From assembly GCA_002773615.1 (NCBI GenBank), contig PFAP01000031.1, positions 1 through 61,293 of the forward strand: a stretch of 61,293 nt of DNA, in the 5' to 3' direction. The notes beneath the pieces were generated by a model. It did no database searches, was not told the origin of the DNA, and was given only the letters and a program-made list of their open reading frames with translations. How positions within the stretch are numbered: the first letter of the stretch is position 1; the number at the start of each line of letters is the position of its first letter. The DNA comes from Candidatus Falkowbacteria bacterium CG10_big_fil_rev_8_21_14_0_10_39_11. GTDB lineage: Bacteria; Patescibacteriota; Patescibacteriia; UBA11705. Below are positions 17,550-24,758 of this stretch, piece after piece. The translations under genes and the position numbers were made by a program.

Positions 17550-17737
17550 ATATGTATTATTTTGCCCAGTTTTGAAGCAAGAAAGAACAAAGATAATTGG
17601 GCAAAAAAGACAATTGAGCGCAGCGAAACGAGCGATGGATTTAATTGTCTTTCTTTTTATAAATTCAATCAACCGGTTACTGTTACCACCATTATCATTC
17701 ATTACACTTATATCTCTTATTTTACTTAACAAACAAT

Positions 17738-18772
17738 ATGCAAGAAAAGTTAAATAAACTTAAAGATCAAGCTATCAGGGAGTTGTCTTTGGTCAAGAAT
17801 ATCAAACAATTAGATGATGTAGCTCAAAAATATTTTGGCCGCAAAGGCGGTGATCTGAACAACATTTTAAAAGGCTTAAAAGACCTTGATCCAGAAGCCA
17901 GAAAAGAAATCGGTTCACTGGCCAATGAAATTAAAGAGGAGTTGGAAGCCGCTGTTGAAGCTATTCGCCAAACGTTGAATGCTAAAGAGGTTGAATCCAA
18001 ATTAGAATCAGACTGGCTTGATGTCACATTGCCGGTTGATACCAACCTGGGGCATTTGCACCCGATCAGCATTGTTCAGTATGAATTGGAAGATTTGTTC
18101 AAGGGGCTTGGTTTTAAAATTCTTGATGGTCCTGAACTTGAATCAGACTATTACAATTTTGAAGCCTTGAACATCCCAAAACACCATCCAGCCCGTGACA
18201 TGCAGGATACTTTTTACGTTGACAATTCCAAAAATACCGACAAATGGGTGATGCGCGCTCATACTTCAAATGTCCAAGTTCGGGCGATGAAAGAGTTTGG
18301 TCCGCCGCTTAGAGCCGTAGTTCCAGGTCGAGTCTTTCGTTGCGAATCGACCGATGCGTCTCATGATACTACTTTTGATCAGCTGGAAGGCTTTATGATT
18401 GATGAAGATATATCAATTGCTAATCTGATTGCTGTGATGAAGGTTATGCTTTCAGCTATTTTTAAACGAGACGTCAAAGTTCGATTACGTCCAGGATATT
18501 TCCCGTTTGTAGAGCCAGGCTTTGAATTGGACATGCAGTGTCTCATCTGTGGCGGCAAGGGTTGTAGTGTTTGTAAACAAGTCGGTTGGCTTGAAATAAT
18601 GGGTTGCGGTATGATTCACCCGAATGTCTTGAAGGCCGGTGGTATTGATCCGGAAAAGTATTCAGGGTTTGCCTTTGGTTTAGGTTTGACCCGTTTTGTT
18701 ATGATGCGTTATGGTATTGAAGATATTAGGCATCTCAATTCGGGCGATCTGAGATTTTTAAAGCAGTTTTAA
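17738..18772 (+). CDS. pheS: Phenylalanine--tRNA ligase alpha subunit
   Basis: Class II aaRS motifs HPARDMQDTFY, FRCESTDASHDTTFDQLEG and GFAFGLGLTRFVMMRYGI. Confidence 0.95.
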   Translation: MQEKLNKLKDQAIRELSLVKNIKQLDDVAQKYFGRKGGDLNNILKGLKDLDPEARKEIGSLANEIKEELEAAVEAIRQTLNAKEVESKLESDWLDVTLPVDTNLGHLHPISIVQYELEDLFKGLGFKILDGPELESDYYNFEALNIPKHHPARDMQDTFYVDNSKNTDKWVMRAHTSNVQVRAMKEFGPPLRAVVPGRVFRCESTDASHDTTFDQLEGFMIDEDISIANLIAVMKVMLSAIFKRDVKVRLRPGYFPFVEPGFELDMQCLICGGKGCSVCKQVGWLEIMGCGMIHPNVLKAGGIDPEKYSGFAFGLGLTRFVMMRYGIEDIRHLNSGDLRFLKQF

Positions 18773-18787
18773 TGTATAAATAAAGGT

Positions 18788-19507
18788 ATGAACAAAAATT
18801 TTTTATTAATTGCTCTAATGATGGTATTGGGCTTGACTGGTTGTACTAGTATTTATAGATCTCAGCAGGTTGTTGACCGGTATGGGGGTGCTCTTGATTC
18901 AAAAATAGAGTCGGTGAATAAAGTCGCTCAAACGGCTAGTGAATTGGCTAGTGTTACGGTTGATTTTTTCGATGAGCAAGCAACCGTGATCCCCATCCAT
19001 CATTATGATCCAGATACCAGTGGAAATTTGTTGCTAGTTCAAATGGAGGATCTAAAAAATCTTGGACATGCTAGTGACAAAAATATGGATTTATTATACT
19101 TCTCACCATTGCAAAGTGCCGTCGCATTTCTTGACCGGCAGACTGATTATGATGATAGTTTTTTACAGCCCGGTACGGCAGCTAATTCAATTCAAGTGGT
19201 TCAGAAAACAAAATATCTTGGTGTTATCCGCACCACCAAGTTTATAGATCCTGTAATTCAGCAAAATGATTGGGATGAAGTTGTTTTTGATGCTGGATCA
19301 TACACTGGAGACATTGTATTTTATAATCTCGAAAGTCAGAAATATATTGGAGCCTTTAACTTTTATGCGGAAAATAGTGATGGCTTAGATGTTTATGAGG
19401 GAGAGGAATTAAAAAATCTTCGGAATGATCTTTGGAGTAATACCCGAAAAGCAATCAATGCTAAATGGACAAAATATCAAGGTGAAAGCAGTTTACTATT
19501 AGACTAA
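18788..19507 (+). CDS. Lipoprotein of unknown function
   Basis: Signal peptide with lipobox LGLTGC. Confidence 0.7.
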   Translation: MNKNFLLIALMMVLGLTGCTSIYRSQQVVDRYGGALDSKIESVNKVAQTASELASVTVDFFDEQATVIPIHHYDPDTSGNLLLVQMEDLKNLGHASDKNMDLLYFSPLQSAVAFLDRQTDYDDSFLQPGTAANSIQVVQKTKYLGVIRTTKFIDPVIQQNDWDEVVFDAGSYTGDIVFYNLESQKYIGAFNFYAENSDGLDVYEGEELKNLRNDLWSNTRKAINAKWTKYQGESSLLLD

Positions 19508-19519
19508 GTTTCAGCAAAT

Positions 19520-20413
19520 ATGAGTTTTGAATATAAACCAGGAAAAAAAAATGAGCAATTAGCCAAAAATCGATCAACCAAGAATGAAAAACAGATCTCT
19601 GAGGCCAAACAAAGATTATTATCCAGTTTTGAAGCTATTGATGAACAGGGTCTGACTTTGCGCAAAGAATTGTTGCCCATGAAATGGGCAGATGTTATTG
19701 ATTTGGTTGTTGAGGATTGCTCCGACGACACCATTAAGGCCAGGCGCCGAGAGCTTTTGGAAGCAATAGATCCTGAACAATTTATCAAAGATTTTGATGA
19801 ACACACAAAACAACAATTGCATAGTTTCTCTGCTCTTCGTGGGTTGATTTTTGAAGCCCTGGTTTTACGAGAGTTCAATGAGAACGAAGACAATAGTTTG
19901 TTGGCTGATTTTCTTCTTCAAGCTTTGAGGTATCCCAAGATGGTCGGTATTAAGAAAAATCTCAAACGAAAAAATCCAGATCATCTGGCTGTTGTCGTTG
20001 ATCGTGAGAAGGGAATTGCTTATATTACCGGAATAATGGAAGTTAAAATTACCATGGCCAAAGGCAAACGGTTCAAAGAACAACTGGAGAATTTTTATGG
20101 CAACCTAGAGGAAGTGATTGAAGCCCTTAATAAAGATATTTCCGATTTAAAAGATAAATATGATCTGGATTTTTTACCAGAAAATGGAATTCAGCTTTTA
20201 CCGTTTAAAGAAATGAAAACTCTATTGGTGCGACCGCTCAGTCTGCGTGAAAAACTTTATTTTGAACCCACTACCAATGAAGATGGTTGGGAATATCGGC
20301 GCTCAATTATCGGTCAGCGTGATGCGGAGTGGATTACCGCTTTTATGATGAATCTCGCTCGCGAACGCAGTCTGGTCACCAAAGCCCAGGAGAGACAAAT
20401 GAAACTTAGTTAA
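19520..20413 (+). CDS. Hypothetical protein with a PD-(D/E)xK nuclease-like motif (paralog A)
   Basis: GLIFEALVLREF ... NPDHLAVVVDREKGIAYITGIMEVKI, read as E / PD / ExK spacing. Clear paralog of the next ORF. Confidence 0.6.
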   Translation: MSFEYKPGKKNEQLAKNRSTKNEKQISEAKQRLLSSFEAIDEQGLTLRKELLPMKWADVIDLVVEDCSDDTIKARRRELLEAIDPEQFIKDFDEHTKQQLHSFSALRGLIFEALVLREFNENEDNSLLADFLLQALRYPKMVGIKKNLKRKNPDHLAVVVDREKGIAYITGIMEVKITMAKGKRFKEQLENFYGNLEEVIEALNKDISDLKDKYDLDFLPENGIQLLPFKEMKTLLVRPLSLREKLYFEPTTNEDGWEYRRSIIGQRDAEWITAFMMNLARERSLVTKAQERQMKLS

Positions 20414-20417
20414 ATAT

Positions 20418-21428
20418 ATGAAACTTGAAGGAGTACAGCCAGTTTGGGAACCTCTTGATGAGTCTGGTGGGCCAGAAGTTATTCGTCGTCCCAAGGAAAA
20501 TAGAACGAATGAAAAAACTGTTATTGATGGACTCGATGTCGATTTGTCGGAAAGAGAACGGGCAAAAGTAGCCCAAAAGGCTCAACAAAGTTCGCGTAAA
20601 TCTGTTGAATTGGTGAGACGAAGGGGGCAAAGTCTCAGAGATTCTGTTCAGAGTCAAGATTTTGATAATGTTGTCTCTGCAATTATAAATACGAGTGAAG
20701 ATATTACTTTTCAGGAAAGAAAAAGGGAGTTGTTAGAATCATTTAATATAGAAAGTTTTGTTGCTAGTTTACCAAAAGAAGTTTATAAAATGATAGAAGA
20801 TTTTCGTTCATTCAGGGGGTATGTATTTGAGTATATTGCTAAAAGAGAATTCAATAGTAATGAAAAAAATAGTTTGTTGGCAGAATTCATACTAGAGTGT
20901 TTAACAAATCCCCATCTTTTTGAACTGGGGCCAGCTGGCTTCCGTAGCCCAGATAATCTAGGTGTCGTGGTGGATGTTGAGCGTAAAGTGGCCTATATTA
21001 CTGGCATGTATGAAGTTAAGTTTGGAGGAGTTGCTCACAAGACTACAACAAAGCAAAAAGTGCAAAGAAAAAGATTTTATGGTGATCTCCAGCGAATTTC
21101 AGAACGCATCAACAGTCATTTGAAGAGGTTAAAGGACAAGTATCATGTTGATTTTATCCCGGCTGGTGGTATCACAGTTTTAGCTCAAGATGAAATGGAC
21201 AAGTTTTATGTATATCCAATGCCCAAAGATGCATCTGATCTTAGACGAGTTGGAGACAAAAGAAAGGCTCTACAACGGTTAGGTTGGAAAATAAGAACAT
21301 CAGTTTTTTCTCAGGGCGATATTGAGATCTTAACAGCATTCATCATGAATTTTGCAGAAGAAAGAAAGGTCCAACCCAGATACGAAGAATTTGATTTGCG
21401 AGAAGACGGCACCATGATCAAAAAATAA
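20418..21428 (+). CDS. Hypothetical protein with a PD-(D/E)xK nuclease-like motif (paralog B)
   Basis: GYVFEYIAKREF ... SPDNLGVVVDVERKVAYITGMYEVKF. It starts 4 nt after the stop of paralog A. Confidence 0.6.
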   Translation: MKLEGVQPVWEPLDESGGPEVIRRPKENRTNEKTVIDGLDVDLSERERAKVAQKAQQSSRKSVELVRRRGQSLRDSVQSQDFDNVVSAIINTSEDITFQERKRELLESFNIESFVASLPKEVYKMIEDFRSFRGYVFEYIAKREFNSNEKNSLLAEFILECLTNPHLFELGPAGFRSPDNLGVVVDVERKVAYITGMYEVKFGGVAHKTTTKQKVQRKRFYGDLQRISERINSHLKRLKDKYHVDFIPAGGITVLAQDEMDKFYVYPMPKDASDLRRVGDKRKALQRLGWKIRTSVFSQGDIEILTAFIMNFAEERKVQPRYEEFDLREDGTMIKK

Positions 21429-21435
21429 TTTTCAA

Positions 21436-21496
21436 TTACAAATTACTTATTACATATTACTCATTATCCTTTACTCGTTACTAATTACTGATTTAT
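21436..21496 (+). promoter_or_regulatory. Heptad-phased TTAC array / G-depleted SD-less leader of pheT
   Basis: TTAC starts at 21436, 21443, 21450, 21457, (TTAT at 21464), 21471, 21478 and 21485. Only 2 G occur in the 68-nt spacer. Confidence 0.5.
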
Positions 21497-23932
21497 ATGA
21501 AAATTTCACTAAACTGGCTCAAACAATACGTAGATTTACCAAAAAACATCACTCCAGATCAGCTCGGAGTTGATTTGACGCTCAAAAGCGTTGAGATCGA
21601 AGGTGTGGAGAGTCAAGGTGCTGATTTGGATAACATTATCGTGGCCAAAATAACAGAATTAAAACCGCATCCCAATGCCGACAAATTGAGAATCGCTGTC
21701 GTTGATGATGGTGAACATAACGTACAAGTTGTTTGCGGCGGCTCTAATCTTGAAGTGGGAATGCTGGTCGCATTTGCCCGTGTTGGTTCCCGCGTCCGGT
21801 GGCACGGAGAAGGGGAGCTAGTAACTTTGGCCAAAGTTAAACTCCGAGGCGAAGACAGCAGCGGCATGATTTGCACTTCATCCGAAGTTGGCTTGGGTGG
21901 CATTTTCCCCGCCAAAGAAGAATCTGAGATTCTTGATTTGACTGAACAGAGTTTCAAGGTTGGTCAATCGATCGCTGAAGCTTTGAACTTAAATGACACT
22001 TTGCTTGACCTCGACAACAAAGCCATTACCAATCGACCTGACATGTGGGGCCACTATGGCATTGCTCGGGAAGTTGCGGCCATTTATAATAAAAAAATAG
22101 ATAAGTATAAGGTTAAAGACATAAAAACAGAGAAGCTTGAAGAATTATCAGTTGAAATTCAAGATCCCGAGCTTTGTCGCCGTTATTTGGGAGTGGTGAT
22201 TGACGGTGTCAAGGTTGGCCCATCTTCAGATTGGTTGGTTGAACGCTTGCAATCAGTCGGCCAAAAATCAATCAACAACATTGTTGATATCACCAACTAT
22301 ATATTGTATGACTTGGGTCAGCCTATGCATGCTTTTGATGCTGGTTTGATTTCAGACAATAAAATTATTGTTCGTCGAGCTGAAAAGGGGGAGAAGTTTA
22401 CCACTCTGGATGAAGAAGAACGCAAATTGACTGAAGAAAACCTAGTCATTGCCGACGGTGACAAAGCCGTGGCCTTGGCTGGAGTGATGGGAGGTTTGAA
22501 CTCTGAGATCAAAAATGAAACAACCAAAGTTATTCTCGAATCAGCCAATTTTGAGCCGTTTTCGATTCGCAAAACCGCCGAAAGTCTTGGTCTGCGAACT
22601 GAGTCATCAACCAGATTTGAGAAAAATCTTGATCCTGCCATGGCAGAGTTAGCCTTAAAAAAAGCTGTTGAGCTGATTCTCGATTGTTGCCCGGAAGCCA
22701 AGGTTATTAGCCCGGTTGTTGACGAGTACCCAACCAAAATTGAAACGGTCAAAATTGAAGTCGGATTTGATTTTATTAACAAACGAATCGGGGTTCAGTT
22801 GGAGAAAAAAGAAATTGAGAAAATTTTGGATCGCTTGGGTTTTGACTTAAAAGCAAAAGGAGATAAATTAATTGTTACCGTCCCTTCCTGGCGCGCCACC
22901 AAAGACATTTCCATTGCCGAAGATATTGTTGAAGAAGTCGCTCGGATGTATGGTTATGACAATATTGAACCTCAAATGCCGGCCGTTCCACTGTGCATCC
23001 CGCACCAAAACATTGAACGAGAACTTGAGAGAAAAATTAAGAATATCTTGGTCAAGGCTTGTGGTGCTACTGAAGTCCACAACTATTCATTTGTCGGTGA
23101 TGATGAAATTAAAAATCTTGGACTTGATGTCAAAAAGTATGTTGAATTGGAAAATCCTCTAACGGCTGATCAAAATTTACTTCGCCGAGAACTATTTTCT
23201 GGTCTTTTAAACAATGTTGTTGATAACCTCCGCTTTTATCCGGAGCTAAATATTTTTGAAATTGGCCATGTTTATTTGGCCGAACAACCCGGTCACGAAG
23301 CGGGCCCAGATAGTCAGGGCGTCTTGCCGGATCAACCATCAATCGCGGGTGGCATGACCGTCTGCAAAGATGATTCTTTTATGGCAGCCAAAAAATGTTT
23401 GGAAACTACCATGACGGAAATGCAATTGGATTTCAAAGCCTATCGGGAAAAAGAGGTTCCGGCCTGGATTCATCCCAAGCGTTATCTGCCATATTATGTT
23501 GGGGACAAACAAATTGCCTATGTTGGTGAAGTCCATCCATCAATCAGTAATGGCATGGATATTGATCAGCGAGTTGCTTTTTGGCGCGTTGATTTGAGTG
23601 CTGTGTCTGAGCTATACAATCGACAATATAAATATCAGTTAGTTAACAAATTCCCAAGTGTCGAATTGGATGCATCGATTACATTAGATGAAAAAGTTAC
23701 TTGGCAGGAAGTGGAACAAATTGTTCACAGCGCCGCGCCTCAATTTATCAAGAAGATTGTCTTGTTTGATGTCTATAAAAGTGATAAAATTGGAGTAGAT
23801 AAAAAGAGTTTAGCTTTTCACGTTGTGTATCAATCGGAAGATCGAACTTTAGAATCAGCTGAAGTCCAAAAAATGCACGATACCATGTTGAGTCAATTAG
23901 CCAAGAGTGTCAAAGCTGTAGTCCGAAAATAA
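21497..23932 (+). CDS. pheT: Phenylalanine--tRNA ligase beta subunit
   Basis: 811 aa. N-terminal MKISLNWLKQYVDL, tRNA-binding OB domain (HPNADKLRIAVVD), B3/4 and B5 regions, and a C-terminal FDVY...SLAF motif. Confidence 0.95.
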   Translation: MKISLNWLKQYVDLPKNITPDQLGVDLTLKSVEIEGVESQGADLDNIIVAKITELKPHPNADKLRIAVVDDGEHNVQVVCGGSNLEVGMLVAFARVGSRVRWHGEGELVTLAKVKLRGEDSSGMICTSSEVGLGGIFPAKEESEILDLTEQSFKVGQSIAEALNLNDTLLDLDNKAITNRPDMWGHYGIAREVAAIYNKKIDKYKVKDIKTEKLEELSVEIQDPELCRRYLGVVIDGVKVGPSSDWLVERLQSVGQKSINNIVDITNYILYDLGQPMHAFDAGLISDNKIIVRRAEKGEKFTTLDEEERKLTEENLVIADGDKAVALAGVMGGLNSEIKNETTKVILESANFEPFSIRKTAESLGLRTESSTRFEKNLDPAMAELALKKAVELILDCCPEAKVISPVVDEYPTKIETVKIEVGFDFINKRIGVQLEKKEIEKILDRLGFDLKAKGDKLIVTVPSWRATKDISIAEDIVEEVARMYGYDNIEPQMPAVPLCIPHQNIERELERKIKNILVKACGATEVHNYSFVGDDEIKNLGLDVKKYVELENPLTADQNLLRRELFSGLLNNVVDNLRFYPELNIFEIGHVYLAEQPGHEAGPDSQGVLPDQPSIAGGMTVCKDDSFMAAKKCLETTMTEMQLDFKAYREKEVPAWIHPKRYLPYYVGDKQIAYVGEVHPSISNGMDIDQRVAFWRVDLSAVSELYNRQYKYQLVNKFPSVELDASITLDEKVTWQEVEQIVHSAAPQFIKKIVLFDVYKSDKIGVDKKSLAFHVVYQSEDRTLESAEVQKMHDTMLSQLAKSVKAVVRK

Positions 23933-23933
23933 T

Positions 23934-24434
23934 ATGGATTTTAGAGAGACTATAAAAGAAAGTGGTGGGGATAAAGAATTTGATAAGGGGAACCTGTTCC
24001 GAGCTCTAAAGGAAGCTGTTAAGCTCGCAAATATCAAAGATTCAAATGCATTAGGCGTTATCTTGTATGGTAGCCAAACTCATGGAACAGCTCGTCCTGA
24101 CAGTGATGCTGATTTGTTGGTTATTCGAGCTACAAATGACTCTGATATCAATTACAAAAGCCCAGCTCGCGATGAATTGCAATTAGCTGCCAAATCAAAA
24201 TTGGAAGAGTTTGACATTGATGCCACATTTGAAAATCCCACAACTCTGGACTTGGATTGGGCCAGGAGTCATGCAGACAAAAAATTTGTTAGGGATAGTT
24301 TTTGGATGCTAGATGATGCTTCGATTATCATTGTTGGTGATGATGGCCTAGAAGAAGAAATAAGAAGCCTTTTAGGTTTTTCTGGCAGAAAATCTCAACG
24401 TGAGTTAATGGGAGATCCCAGATATCAAAAATAA
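23934..24434 (+). CDS. Pol-beta superfamily nucleotidyltransferase domain protein
   Basis: LYGSQTHGTARPDSDADLLVI (GS-x9-D-x-D motif). The start lies 2 nt after the pheT stop. Confidence 0.65.
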   Translation: MDFRETIKESGGDKEFDKGNLFRALKEAVKLANIKDSNALGVILYGSQTHGTARPDSDADLLVIRATNDSDINYKSPARDELQLAAKSKLEEFDIDATFENPTTLDLDWARSHADKKFVRDSFWMLDDASIIIVGDDGLEEEIRSLLGFSGRKSQRELMGDPRYQK

Positions 24435-24455
24435 AAAAAATAAAAATAAAAAAGT

Positions 24456-24746
24456 ATGTTAGAAAGCGGTGATGTTTTAAACTACGTCATAGCTGGTAGT
24501 GTGGTACTTTTTACCATATTCTTGTGCATCTTGTTGTTTAATATCATCAAGTTGCTTCGTCAGGCCAATCGTGCAGTGGACGAGGTTCGGCGCAAGATTG
24601 AGGCAGTTCATGAATTGATTTCCGGCGGATTTTCCAAGTTCGGAATGATGTCTGAAGTTGCCAAATATGCCTTGGGGCATTTTATGGGTGAGAAAAAGAA
24701 AACCCAGACCACAAAGGCGCGAAAAACAACAAAAAATAAAAAGTAA
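24456..24746 (+). CDS. Small membrane-anchored coiled-coil protein (DUF948-like)
   Basis: One N-terminal TM helix, then a helical segment and a Lys-rich tail. Confidence 0.5.
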   Translation: MLESGDVLNYVIAGSVVLFTIFLCILLFNIIKLLRQANRAVDEVRRKIEAVHELISGGFSKFGMMSEVAKYALGHFMGEKKKTQTTKARKTTKNKK

Positions 24747-24758
24747 AAAAATAATTCC

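Noticed and set aside
17550-17737. Does pheS have a T-box riboswitch or a Phe-rich leader peptide upstream?
   Set aside because: No T-box consensus (AANNNGGGTGGNACCGCG-like) is visible. The only open frame (track ORF 17572-17757) starts at TTG without an SD site and has just two Phe codons near the hairpin.
21613-22782. Antisense track ORFs lie inside pheT (114 aa and 154 aa). Similar antisense ORFs lie inside the 1207-aa gene (for example 52614-52964 and 54099-54425).
   Set aside because: They fall entirely within strongly supported genes on the opposite strand, have low-complexity Ser/Thr/Val-rich products, and lack start signals.
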